Origin: Chiloscyllium plagiosum
Taxonomy: Eukaryota
Assembly (NCBI RefSeq): GCF_004010195.1
Contig: NC_057719.1
Location: 27,943,072 to 28,007,071 of the forward strand
Direction: 5' to 3'
Length of the DNA stretch: 64,000 bases
Shown one piece after another: positions 51,731 to 64,000 of this stretch (positions are counted from its first letter, which is position 1; the number at the start of each line of letters is the position of its first letter). The notes beneath the pieces are model-generated. The model saw only the letters and a list, made by a program, of their open reading frames with translations. It ran no database searches and was not told the DNA's origin. Position numbers and translations under genes: made by a program.

Positions 51731-53961
51731 CTGTGAAAGCTGGAAGATCCAACATTTTTGAGGACTGATTTTCATGTGGTTTTATTAGCTAAGGGTAGCA
51801 AAAGATATGGAGAAAAGGTAGGTAAATGGAGTTGAAGTACAGATGAAGTAATTTCAGAATGACGGAAAAGGCTTGGTCAAGTTGCAAAACCTGCTCCTAA
51901 TTCCAGGGCCCAGGTAGGAGTGATGTAGCATTTTACTGCATTTTTTTCCAGACACCACTACTTTCTTTGAGGCAGGTACAAACCACCACCATTCAATTTT
52001 AGGTCAGGAATCCATTCGATGTGGAGAGCCTAACCAGGCAGCTACATTCATGAACAACCATAATTATAAGTAAGATTGTGGAACGATACCAAAATTGTGT
52101 TTAAGAGAAGTAATGAAAATATTGTAGCAAAAATGAAATTCTAGCCAGTGCAATCATGCTTTCTGTGCATTGAATCAAGCCTGAAATGCAGCTCCTGTAA
52201 AAGCTTTGTGGTACAGCCCATTACAACATCAATCCAAACAGGTAAGAAATTCCTAGGGTGGTACACTAGGCTTCAGTGCTTCTGTGCCTCGACAAGGGGA
52301 GAAAATTCATTTGCTACTCCTTAGTTTCATCCAAAGGCTGCTCCTAGAAAGGCAGAAATAGTTTTACTTCTGGAATAGTTAACCAATAGTCATCATATAG
52401 AGAAGAATAACCACATCAGACCCATCACTATCTGTAGGGAAACCTACAGCAAAGCTAGTGTATCAGGTGCAGGAATAACAGGGCAGAAAACATCCACAGA
52501 TGAACAGTCAATCACTAGGAAAAAAAAAGGTCAATTTATGATTCTGAATTTGTGCTTAATTGTACTTCAGGCAACTGTTCACATCCTGAATGAAGATGCA
52601 ATTGCATATTTGGGAAGATTTGAGTGCATGGATTTGCTCATCTCTGAGTTTCCACTTCATCTTCCCACATGCCATTTTGCAGAACAACATACCAATTAAT
52701 GGATTGCCCAGAAATAACTGGCATCCCTTGCACTTGTGCAATCTTTAAAAGCCCAGATCCAGACAAACCTTACCATTTTGGAAGACTCAGACAGGTGGCT
52801 TTCTGCCCATCATTCAGTTTCTCACCCCTTATGATAAGAATGTCTTGACTTTGTGGCCCTGGGCAAGATCTAGATTGGCATTGATGGCTGCTTTTGACTT
52901 AGACTGCGGGGACCCTCTGAATGAAAACTGTCTTTCTTGACTTGATTGAGACCTGCTGACAATTATGACAAGCTTCCTTCCTTTGTGCCTGTACTAAATA
53001 GCATGGCAAGACAATAATAACTTGAGTCTGGTATCTCTGACAGATGGGGAAAAGTGCAAAAAGATAAGGTGACTCAATGGAAGGCAGGGATTCTCAGAGC
53101 ACCCAAGTGGGCTCAGAGTGAGTGAGAGTTATGACAGTGAGTGAAGAGCTTGGAGCTGTAGCCTGGTCCAGTCCATAAGCTGAGTGTGTCCCCCTGATGA
53201 CACAGTGGTCTTGTTACAGGTTTATAATGATAGTTATCGGTGCAGACCAAGGTGCAATATTGAAGTGCAGTAGTGTCCTGTTGGTAGCATGAGATGTACC
53301 AGGGTGGTTCTTAGAGGCTGGCACATGTCCAATATCAATGTCCATGGACAGTGTCTAACATTGAGGTTATTTGGAGCAAGTGGCATGCTGAATTTCCAAC
53401 ATTAAGCTTGTCTGGCAACTTTGGTAAGATGGAAAGCTGAATATTAATGAGGTAAATTGGGCTGTCAATAAGGTGCTTAATAAAAAATAATTACCATCAA
53501 ATGACAATGTCCTGCTGCCTCGTGAGAATCTCACCCCGTTAACATAAAGCACAAGTACATAGCACAAGTCACTCCCAACATTGACACTGCCTGACCACAC
53601 TTGTCGTCCAATTCTGCCACACATCTTACCATAGTTGCTCAATCTCCAAAAAAGATTCAGCCCAATGTGTCCTGAAAATAGACCAGATTCAACAACCACA
53701 GCGGAGCAGGTCGGAACACAGAGCTTCCTGAAGCAAATGCTTGATTTTCCAGCTGTCAGTGCATCAGCATATTAGAGAACAACAGAATAAATGAGAGAAG
53801 CTGATTTTGTGGCAAGGTTGCTATGTCTTGAGCCAAGATTTTGTAACATGGGTGATTTCAAAATGATAATCATATTTACAGTTTGAACATTATATTCTTA
53901 CAGCATATTTGCTCTTTTAATGTAAAATATTTGCCCCATTGCATGGAATAATTAGTCTTAC

Positions 53962-54343
53962 CAGCGAATATAGTTCAGTCAATTGCTAAAATAACTTTGG
54001 GAATAGGGTAAAGAAGAGAGCAGATATATCTCCTTGGACTCACAAATGTGAAGAAGAACTTGGCATAGTAATCAGTATGGGAGTGGTTCAGTTACTGGAA
54101 CCAAATGAATATTTAAAATGCAGCCAACATTAATTCCATATGTTCCTTTTCCTACCTCATATGGCTCAATCTGAACTGTCATGTCTTTCGCAATTTTTCT
54201 TATTGAATGCACTATTTTTATTTTGATTTACTAATGCAACTTTATTGATGCAATTATTTTTTCTGGGTAGGCCTCAGTTTAACATTTTTTACCTTGATAC
54301 TTTGCTTACTAACATGTATTCTGGAACAATCTTGTCCCCAGTA
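53962..54343 (-). pseudogene. Two decayed exons (54343-54310 TGDKIVPEYML; 54094-53962 *LNHSHTDYYAKFFFTFVSPRRYICSLLYPIPKVIL/fs/QLTELYSL)
   Basis: Donors are gtaagc and gtaaga. The first acceptor has a good pyrimidine tract but ends in AA instead of AG. The second exon is 133 nt, implying one frameshift. Confidence 0.55.
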
Positions 54344-54829
54344 TTGAAAGGAAAATGGGGAAGGTGTGAGGCAGTGAGTCAGTGGAGCCCTGCTGATCTG
54401 GCGAGCACAGCTACATTTAGATAATCTGTGGCAAATTTCTGCCCAACAACTGATCAGGTTAGGAGCTGGTACATAAGTGAGCAACAGGAAGGATGTTAAT
54501 TAGGTCTTTCGCCTGCCTCGCTATAGATGGCCTGATTACTGTTTTTGAAAATATAAACAATTAGGAATGGGGTCAGGTTATTGACTCTAGGTATTTCGTG
54601 CCTTGATCCCTTTATTTGTCAATTGAGTGGCAGCAGCAGGAGAGGGAAGGAGGTAAAATAGAAGTCCAAGCTTCTAAAGGTGCCTCTTTCAGGGCATTCT
54701 GGATAACAGGCCACAATACCGCCTTGCCATTACCCACCCCCCTCACAGCAGACCCCTTCCCCACTTGCTTTGGGCATGCTGGGGAAGCCCCAGCCCCAGC
54801 CTCTGCTCTTAAGGACCACATATGACCAG

Positions 54830-55860
54830 AATGGCAGGGTCAGAGGTCAGAAGGTGACGGTGGAGGGTTGGTTTTTGGACTGGAGGCCTGTGACCAACGG
54901 TGTTCCACAAGCCACTTTTCTTTGTCATTTATATAAACAACTTGGATGAGAATATAGGAGGCAAGGTTAGTACGTTTTGTGGATGACACCAAAATTGGTA
55001 GTGTAGTGAAGAAGGTTATCTAAGATTACAAAGGGATCTTGATCAATTGGGTCAAGGGTTGAGAAGTGGCAGATGGAGTTTAATTTGGATAAATGCGAGG
55101 TATTGCATTTTGGTAAAACAAACAAGAGCAGGACGTATACAATTAATGGCCGAGCCGTGGCTAGTGTTGTAGAACAGAGAGGCCTCAGGTTCAGCTACAT
55201 GATTCTTTGAAATTTGCGTCACAGTTAGACAGGGTGGTTAAAAAGGCATTTAGCACATTTTCCTTCATCGGTCAGAACTTTATGTATAGAAATTGGGATG
55301 CCATGTTGAGATTGTGCAGGATATTGGTGAGGCCTCTTCTGGAGCACTGTGTAAAGTCTGTTACAGGAAGGATATAATTAAACTGGAGAGGGTTTGGAAA
55401 ATATTTACCAGGATGCTGCTGGGAATGGAGGGTTTGAGTTTTAAAAATAGGCTGGATAGGCTGGGTCTTTTTTCACTGGAGTGTAGGACATTAAAGGGTG
55501 ACCTTATTGAGGTTTATAAAATCATGAGGGGCATAGATAAGATGAATAGCAAAGGTGGGGTGTTCAAAATTAGGGGTCATAGGTGAGCGGAGAAAGTTTT
55601 AAAAAGGACATGAGGGGCATTTTTGTTTTAAACAGGGAGTTGTTTGTGTGTGGAATTAAATGCCGGAGGAAGTAAGTGGTGGATGTAGGCACAGTTACAA
55701 CATTCAAAAGACATTTGAATTAGTACATGAAAGGAAAGGTTTAGAGCGATTTGGGCCAAATACAGGCAAGTAGGACTAGTTTAGTTTGGGAGCATTGACA
55801 GTGTGGACTAATTGGATTGAAAGGTCTGTTTCCATGCTGCATGACTCTATGACTCTGACT
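54830..55860 (+). mobile_element. CR1 LINE RT/3' fragment
   Basis: gatgacaccaaaattgg (DDTK), LKGDLIEVYKIM, (atgactct) tail. Confidence 0.9.
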
Positions 55861-57214
55861 ATAATAAGCTGTCCAAACTACACTCTGTGAGTCACATATG
55901 GGACCCTGCTCTTGATCCCTTTTATCTCTTACTTCCTAGCTTGCTTGAATTTAGTGAAACCAGAAGCTTGCCGCTGTCGCCTTGAATGGTTAAATTCTAA
56001 ATCACATCACCAAGATCTGTTAGTAACAATAACTTGAGAAAGAAAGTGGTTGATTAAAGAAGTCTGTTCAGACATATTATGACAAACCCAGATCTGCTGA
56101 CCCAGAGGTAGAGACACTAACACTGCACTACAAATGATTTAATTTAAGATATATACATTTGTTTGGAGCTTGGATTTAACTCCAGAAACTCTGTGATTCT
56201 GAACTGTGCAATTTTTGTCCTGAACGTTAAATCGAACTCTGTTAATCAAATGTTTCTTCACACCTTGTACAGAATCTTAAATCCTGGGAGAATTATAATT
56301 TATGGCAAAGCAAAATAACCTTATTACAATTTTCATAAACATGTAATATAGATTTAGAAGTGAAACAATGCGCTTCTTTCTTTATTTTTGGAATTGACTG
56401 ATCGATTTGTTGGATGAGTATTACGGGTACTCCTTCTTCAGCCAGTACTCTGCACCTGAGCAAACAGACCTGTGGCACTGACAATCTGTCTCCTCAATTC
56501 TCTTCCGAATTGCCACCAGAGTGTGAATAGTCCTTTTGTGCCTTACTGATTATAGTTAAACAATGCTGGGTCATCTCACCAGGCCATTATGTGACTCCTT
56601 GTGAGTTTTGCTCAACATTTTTGACTCTATCATTCAGTTGGAGTTTAATTTAGATAAATGTGATGCATTTTGGAAAGACAAATCAGGGCAGGACTTACCC
56701 ATTTAATGGGGAGTATTGCTGAACAGAGACCTTGGAGTGAAGATTGATAGCTCCTTGAAAGTAGAGTGTTAGGTAGACAGGATAGTGAAGAAGGCATTTG
56801 GTATGCTTGCCTTTATTGGTCAGTGTATTGAGTATAGGAGTTGGGAGGTCATGTTGAAACTGTAAAGGGCATGGTTAGCCCAATAACAATAACAGTATTT
56901 TGCAATACTACATGCAATTCTGGTTTCCCTGCTATAGGAAGGATGTTGTGAAACTTGAACGGGTTCAGAAAAGATTTACAAGGATGTTGCCAGGGTTGGA
57001 GGGTTTATGCTATAGGGAGAGGCTGAATAGGCTGGGGCTGTTTTCCCTGGAGCAATAGAAGTTGAGTGGTGACCTTAGAGAGGTTTATAAAATCATGAGG
57101 AGCTTGGATAGTGTAAATAGACAAAGTCTTTTCCCAAGGATGGGGGGAGTCTAAAAAAGGTGAGAGAGAAAATGATTTAAAAGGGACAAAAGGGGCAACT
57201 TTTTCAAACAGAGG

Positions 57215-60141
57215 GAGAGCAGCCCAAACACTTCTGCAAAAAAATGTGGCTGGACCTGGAGCAGCAAATTGGCAGCAACTGAAACCAGGAACTTCTCCAC
57301 TGGGTTCTAAGCAAACTGCCTCCAGTAAAAAAAAACCACACAGTAGATTACTTGCTATACTGGGTCCTAAGCAGATCCTCTGTAAAAATACACTACACTA
57401 CAACCTACCTGCTCCACAGTGTTCTAGGAAGGATCACTTAACTGGAAGCAGTCACAATTCACTCCACCTTAACACCGGACACTCAAATGTAAGAAACCTG
57501 CGATGAAGCGGGGTAAGTGTACCGGCCTGCTAGTAAGACTGAGACTACGCGGTTTCAAGACCCCCCTTCCTAGCTTGCTCCGAGCAAATGTACAATCTCT
57601 GGAGAACAAGATGGTCGAACTCAGATCACGGCTCAGCTTCCAGTGTGAACTGGCGGGACTGCTGCACACTCTGCTGCACAGAAACCTGGCTCAACCCATC
57701 CATTCCTGACTGCGCACTTCAGGCTGATGGTTTTTCTATCCATCGTATGGACCATACAGCTTCCTCAGGTAAGACAAAGGGTGGAGGGGTGCGCTTTTTA
57801 ATCAACAACTTGTGGTACGCGGACAGCCATTGCTCCCTAAGCCTTGAATTCCTCACCATTAAATGCTGCCCCTTCTATCTGCCATGGGAATTTACCGCTG
57901 CTTTACTAACTGCTGTGTACATACAACCACAAGCAAAGGTTGAGGAAGCTCTGGATGTGCTGTACTCCACCACCATCACCCTGGAGATGGAACACCCTGA
58001 GGCCCTGTTTATTGTAACTGGCAACTTCAATCAAGCCAATCTAAGGAAGGTGCTGCCCAAGTATCACCAGAACATTACCTGCCCCACCAGGGGCCCGAAC
58101 GTTTTAGACCACTGCTACACCACTGTGAAAGATGCTAACCACTCCATCCCCTGCCCTCATTTCGGGAACTCCAACCACAATGCCATGTTTCTTCTTCTGC
58201 CTTACAGGCAAAAGCTCAAGCAGGAGACCCCTTCGTGGCTACAGGTCCACTGCTGGTCAGAGGAGGCAGAGGGTCAACTCCGGTGCTGTCTGGAATCAGC
58301 TGATTGGGCCATGTTCAAACAATCTGCAGATACCTAGGATGAGTACCACCATCACAGACTTTATCAGCAAATGTGTGCAGGACCGTACACCGAAGAAATC
58401 AATCCGACTGTTCCCCAACAGGAAACCCTGGATGAATCAGGACATACAGAACCTGCTAAAAACCAGGCATAAGGCCTTTAGATCAGGAAACCCACTCAAA
58501 TTTAAGGAATCCAAGTATGACCTTCGCAGAGCCATTAACACAGCCAAGGACCAATACTGATCCAAACTAGAGACGCAGACAGACACCCGGCGACTATGGC
58601 AAGGACTGAATGACATCACAGGTTCTAAAAAGAGACATTGCAAGATAGCAGACAATGACGCTCCCAAATTGTCTCAACACCGTCTATGCTCGCTTTGAGC
58701 AGAATTTCAGCAGACAGGTAACATCTATTCCAAAAAGTCCTGACGAACCTATCCCAACAGTCACTGTATCAGAGGTCAGATCAGTTTTCCTTTGTGTGAA
58801 TCCAAGGAAAGCGATGCGACCAGATGGAGTACCAGGCCGAGCACTCAGAGCATGTGCAGGTCAACTGGCAGAGGTCTTCTCGGACATCTTCAACATGTCC
58901 CTGCAGCAGGCGACTGTTCCTGCTTGTTTGAAGAGGGCCAACATCATCCCTGTGCCTAAGAAAGCTCATGCAGCATGTCTCAATGACTACTGCCCTGTGG
59001 CCCTAAGTTCAGTGGTCATGAAATGCTTTGAAAGGCTGGTCATGGCATTAATCAACTCCAGCTTCCCCACTACTCTTGACCCACTCCAATTTGCCTATTG
59101 GACCAATAGATCCACGTCAGATGCCATATCACTCGCCTTTCACTCCTCCCTCGAACATCTTGACACCAAGAACAGCTACGTAAGAATCCTACTCATTGAC
59201 TACAGTTCACTCTTCAACACTGTTATCCCCTTGATATTGAGTACTAAACTTAGTGATCTCAGACTGAGCCCCACTCTCTGCAACTGGATCCCCAGTTTCC
59301 TGACCCAAAGGCCACAATCAGTGAAGACTGGGGACAATATTTCATCCTCATTAACACTGTAGCCCCCCAGGGATGCATACTCAGCCCCCTACTGTACTTG
59401 CAGTTACCATGTCACCAAATACCAGATCAATGTCATTTACAAGTTCACTGATGACACCACCATATTCAGATGGCGACGAAACAGACTACAGACAGGAGGT
59501 GGAAGACCTAGAAAAATGGTGCACTGAGAACAATCTATCTCTCAATGCCAGCAAAACCAAGGAACACATTATTGACTTTTGGCGGGATGTTACTCATGCC
59601 CCCCAACACATTAACAGTACCGAGGTGGAACGAGTGGAGAGTGTCAAGCTCTTGGCAGTGGTCATCCACAACAACCTTTCTTGGATTCTTCATGTGGACG
59701 TACTGGTTACAAAGGCCCAATAACATCTCTTCTTCCTCAGGCAGCTGAAAAAATTTGACATGATGGCGAATACCCTTGCCAACTTTTATAGGTGCGCCAT
59801 CAAGAACATCCTGTCTGGATGTATCATTATCTGGTATGGCAACTGTACCATTCAAGATCGGAGACAGTTACAGAGAGTGGTGAACTTGGCCCGGACAATC
59901 ACAAGGGCCAACTTCCCATCCATAGAATCCATCTTCCAGGCCGACTGTCAAGGAAAGGCCGCCAGCATTCTCAAAGATCCATCCCACCCTGGCAATGTTT
60001 TTCTAGACTCTCTACCATTGGGATATCTATGCTACTTAACTATGTGATCTGCCTGTATTGCTCACCTCAGTACACGTGACAATAAATTCAATTCAATTCA
60101 ATTCAATTCAATTCAATTCAATTCAACTCAATTCAATTCAA
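57215..60141 (+). mobile_element. Near full-length Rex1/Babar-type LINE (APE + RT), disabled
   Basis: PLPSLLRANVQSLENK, CTETWL, KTKGGGV, VLDHCYT, PVALSSVVMKCFERLV, LDPLQFAY, IDYSSLFNT; aataaa(ttcaa)n tail. Confidence 0.88.
60087..60141 (+). repeat. (TTCAA)n microsatellite tail
   Basis: About 11 units visible. Confidence 0.95.
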
Positions 60142-60394
60142 TGAGCTGCCAGAGGAAGTGGTGAAGGCTGGTACAATTACAACATTTAAAAGGCATCTGG
60201 ATGTGTATATGAATAGGAAGGGTTTAGAGAGATGTGGGCCAAGGGCTGGCAAATGGGACGAGAGTAATTTATAATTTGGAGATGCCGGTGTACAAAGTTC
60301 AAAATCACACAAACCAGGTTATAGTCCAACACTATGGACAACCACCTGAAGCAGGAACAGCGCTCAGAAAGCAGGTACTTCCAAATAAACGGGT

Positions 60395-60595
60395 GGAACA
60401 GTGGCACAGTGGTTAGCACTGCTGCCTCACAGAGCCAGAGACCTGGGTTCAATGCCCACCTCGGGCAACTGTCTGTGTGGAGTTTGCACATTCTCCCCGT
60501 GTCTGTGTGGGGTTTCCTCCAACAGTCCAAAGATATGCAGGTTAGGTAAATTGGCCATGCTAAATTGCCCATAGTGTTAGGTGAAGGGGTAACTG
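60395..60595 (+). mobile_element. HE1-type SINE
   Basis: gtggcacagtggttagcactgctgcctcac head and V-domain. Confidence 0.85.
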
Positions 60596-61845
60596 TAGAT
60601 AGAGGGATATGGACCAAGTGCTGGTAAATGAGATTAGATTAGGTTAGGATATCTGGTCAGCATGGACGAGTTGGACCAAAGGGTCTGTTTCTGTGCTGTA
60701 CATCTCTATGACTCTATAAATTTCTACTCGCTTTGTTGACTGCGATGGGTCGAATGGCTTTACTTCCACTCCTATTTCTTATGGTTCTTGTGGATATGAG
60801 TGCGCTAAGGCTTGAGTAACTTCACCATTAGTTCTCACAAACCATTCATGAGGTTTCTATTCCCCTCATTTTGAAGCGAAATGCTACAAATTTACTATGA
60901 TAATTTCTTTTTTCAATTTGCGTTCTCAATTATACCTTTTGTCTGACAGTTCTGGAGAATCCTCCTGTGTTTCAATTACTCAACCTAGATTGAGTGATCT
61001 GAACATTTAACCAGGCTGCATTACATTTTTGAATCTAAGTTACTCTAATTTGGAAATCTGATTCCATCTCAGCATAATTTCTCTAACAGGGACTTTTTCA
61101 TTCACGTACATCAGGCAATTTCTTATTGAAGCAATGATTAACTCAAGTAATATATTTTCCCATGGAACATTACCATGGTGCCGTTTGGAAGTTATACACC
61201 TTTACTCAGATCAGTTAAGGTTTAGTTTCATCCAGAAAATCTCAGAATTGGCCTGGAGATCTGTCTATTCTGCCTCCATGTTAATTATTGTTTACGAAGT
61301 AAGAAAGGTAACTGTGACACTGCAGTTTGAATATTTGTTCGAAAATCCAGCTTCAAATTACATTTATTAGATAGGCTGAACCTTAAGTTTTTGGCTAAGT
61401 TTAGATTTGCGGGTTTTTTGCTGTGGGACCCTCTCTTACTAAACCTGCCTGGGTAATTACCTACCATGATCATGTGATGTCTGTCATGTCCAATTTCCAC
61501 TCCAACTTACCACACACCATTCCCAGAACAATTTGTCACTCAGCAGGTATCTGCCGAAACATTAGCATTCTTGTTCCCGTGCCATCTTTGAAAGGTGACT
61601 GTGCACTTGAACAAGGGTTGGCAATCCAGCATTGCTGCTCACTGGGAATATCATGACCTGTTGCCCATGACATGTAGACCACATTGCTGAAACTCCCTTG
61701 CAACTCAATACTATTCTATTCTCTGTGTAACCAACAGGAAACACATCTTATCTGCCTTTAGCCACATCCCATCTAAACATCCTCTTTATGTCAGTATTAA
61801 ACTGCCGCACTGTCCACTGTTGGCCTGCAACTTGTCATTGCCCAG

Positions 61846-62278
61846 CACGGTGGATCAGGGCTTATCACTGCTGCCTCACAGTGCTAGGGACCTGGGTTCA
61901 AATTTACCCTTCAGTGACTGTCTGTGTGAGGTTTGCACATTTTCCCCATATTTGTGCATTTCCTCTGGGTGCTCTGGTTTCCTCCCTCATTCCTGAAGAA
62001 GGGCTAATGCCCGAAACATTGATTCTCCTGTTCCTTGGATGCTGCCTGACCTGCTGCGCTTTTCCAGCAACACATTTTCAGCTTTCCTGCCACAGTCCAA
62101 AGATGTGCAGGTTAGGTAGATTGGCTATGCTAAATTGCCCAGGGAGGCACGGACTAGGTAGATTAGCCATGGGAAAAGCAGGATTACAGGGATAGGGTAG
62201 GAAGTTTTTCAGAGGTTCGGTGTGGACTTGATGGAGTAAATGTCCGCTATCACATTGTAGGGATTCTATGATTCTATC
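61846..62278 (+). mobile_element. HE1-type SINE interrupted by a PLE-type terminus with a hammerhead core (~61990-62080)
   Basis: ctgaagaagggctaatgcccgaaac at 61993-62017. Confidence 0.8.
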
Positions 62279-64000
62279 ATCGATAGACCAGCAGTCGGAC
62301 AATTGCAACCACAAACATGAGTTTTTCTTCACTGAAAGGGACAGAGAGTAGAAATAAGGTCACAGAGGTTGAACTTCACCCTGACAATGCCAACCAGATT
62401 TAGCCTTCATGACAACAAAAAATGAATCAGTCAATGATTCTCAGCTGCAGCCAACTCTTTTCTATTGGAAGTGGATGTCAATAAGGTTTGGTCTGGCCTA
62501 TAGCCACCATCACAGTTCAGCTCTCTCATGGACAGCATCCGCTTCCTCCACAGCAATTAGCTTGTCACCCTCCTCAACAGAAAAAGTCCAAGATGGATGT
62601 ATACTGGAGCAAGTGATGAGCTGAATCTGTCAGGTACACTCTCTGGTAGCCCTATTGGGTTTTTTCACTATCTAACTTATTTGGTGTGTTTGGTATGATG
62701 GGAGTCTGAATATTAGTCAATTGAGGTGTTAATAAAGTGTCTAACAAGTAATAATAACTATCAATTGGCATCTCACTGCTGCCTAGGGATATTCTCTCCA
62801 CTCTGCCTGTGAAAAGCATAAACAATGGAGCAAGATGACCATCAAGATGGCACTCAATGTGCTTGCTACCTGCCTCTGCCACACATCTCATTATAGCCCC
62901 CATTGCTCATAAGATTCTTGTTTTGAAATAAACCAAATATGGTTATAAATGAAAAGTTTATTCTTTTAGACTTGAATATATTTTTGTTGTAAGCAGAGTT
63001 AAAATATTCCTTTCTTATTTAAAAATGACATCTACACTCAGCTCATCCATCTGCAAAGAGAAATCACTTATGATTTGGTGTTTGATGATGAAGTGTGAAA
63101 TTGTATGTAAGGCAAGTGATAATGGTTTAGCATATTTGAACATTGGTCTTGTAATGATCATGAAAATCCCTGATGGCATTTTCCAGATCATAACCTTTTA
63201 AATGATATTCTATCACATGTTTATATCATCATTTAGTTTCATAGGAGGAGTGACTAAGGAGTAAGAAAAGAGATTGCTCTTCTTGTTACATCTCAAAATA
63301 ATGTTTTTCCTTTTGGTTTGTAGGATCTGACATCTTAAGGATTTCGCCTTCTGCCATGTTTACCTGGGAGACCAGTGTTGAGTCATCATTACTGGTTATA
63401 CAGAAATTAATTTTTGTGGGAATCAGTGTAAAAAAAAATGCCAAGCAGTTTAGAAAATTAATTTGAAGTTCTTAAAGAGACAACTTTTGTGGGGATGATG
63501 GAAATTGCAAATTCCACTCAGCAAAGTTCCTCTCTACATTAAGCAGGAATTGAGAAACAGAAACTGTAACCTTTACAGAACTTTATTTTCAAGATTTTAT
63601 ATGGTATTGTCCATTTAATTTGTTTTCTTGTTTTAAGTTGTAAGTTAATCTAGTCATTCATGTTATTCCATGAATGACTCTGACACTGTATTTAACATTT
63701 AGAACAAATGGATATTAAATCAATTCTGAAAGATAGAGCTTTGCATTGTTAGGTTTTGAAACTTGTTTGATCTTTAGTTAGTTTTAATCAATTTTGGCAG
63801 TGGAAATTATCTTAATCAGTGTGAATAGGAGACACATGGATGGAAACTCATTCATGTAGTACAAACAGCTTTGAGATATCATGTGGCATGGCACTTGGGA
63901 ATCTATACATGGATACTGCCTCGCGTTGATGCTTTCCCTAAGGAAGTATGTAATGAATGAATTTCTCCCTAGAGCATTAACATAAAGGCAGGAATCCTGT

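Larger units (their letters stand above)
56637..60720 (+). mobile_element. CR1 LINE 3' fragment split by Rex1/Babar, Penelope and HE1 insertions (56637-~57215, 60142-60260, 60598-60718)
   Basis: CR1 3' sequence resumes (atgagctgccagaggaagtgg) directly after the (ttcaa)n tail. Confidence 0.8.
20052..63968 (-). pseudogene. Unprocessed multi-exon pseudogene of an unidentified protein (12 candidate exons; 5' part extends beyond the window)
   Basis: Exons in transcript order: 63968-63811, 63425-63364, 62626-62456, 61319-61174, 56455-56399, 54343-54310, 54094-53962, 51730-51646, 50391-50373, 50278-50133, 50043-49881, 20139-20052. Every junction is phase-compatible. Donors at the 3' exons are gtaagc/gtaaga/gtaagt x4, with 94- and 89-nt introns. 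Lesions: 14 in-frame stops, 1 frameshift, 3 mutated splice dinucleotides. The 3' seven exons are better supported than the 5' five. Confidence 0.62.
56399..63968 (-). pseudogene. Five upstream candidate exons of the minus-strand gene (more decayed)
   Basis: EKFIHYILP*GKHQREAVSMYRFPSAMPHDISKLFVLHE*VSIHVSPIHTD* / IPTKINFCITSNDDSTLVSQ / IQLITCSSIHPSWTFSVEEGDKLIAVEEADAVHERAEL*WWL*ARPNLIDIHFQ*KR / CHSYLSYFVNNN*HGGRIDRSPGQF*DFLDETKP*LI*VKVYNFQTAP(W) / CRVLAEEGVPVILIQQID. Phases chain correctly, but stop density in three exons is near random and several splice sites are weak or mutated. Confidence 0.45.

Noticed and set aside
52571..52700. Plus-strand acceptor followed by ATVHILNEDAIAYLGRFECMDLL
   Set aside because: Isolated, with no donor or partner exons and no recognisable homology.
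1..64000. CRISPR array, prokaryotic operon, rRNA or viral insert
   Set aside because: No regularly spaced repeat-spacer structure, dense intact ORFs or rRNA motifs; the content is typical elasmobranch repeat-rich DNA.

Overview
Repeat-dense vertebrate genomic DNA, almost certainly from a cartilaginous fish (shark/ray), judged from HE1-type tRNA-derived SINEs, HER1/CR1-type LINEs and Deu-domain SINEs. There are three assembly gaps. Most ORF-track entries are retrotransposon debris: CR1, L1/Tx1-type, Rex1/Babar, RTE, Penelope-like elements with minimal hammerhead ribozyme cores, and decayed PIF/Harbinger transposons. No intact host gene is visible. Reading the unique sequence between the repeats on both strands, I find two convergent, intron-containing, decayed protein-coding genes that the ORF track does not show. 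The first is a 12-exon, phase-consistent chain on the minus strand (63968 down to a stop at 20052, about 420 codons). The second is a partial exon chain on the plus strand (344 to about 13990), one exon of which is split by a LINE with the reading frame preserved. I do not recognise either product. Other notable structures are a ~126-bp locally templated inverted duplication inside a Harbinger transposase, a hairpin carrying two oppositely oriented hammerhead cores, and a four-level nested retrotransposon stack with readable target-site duplications (TSDs). All coordinates and translations were done by eye; repeat boundaries are approximate.
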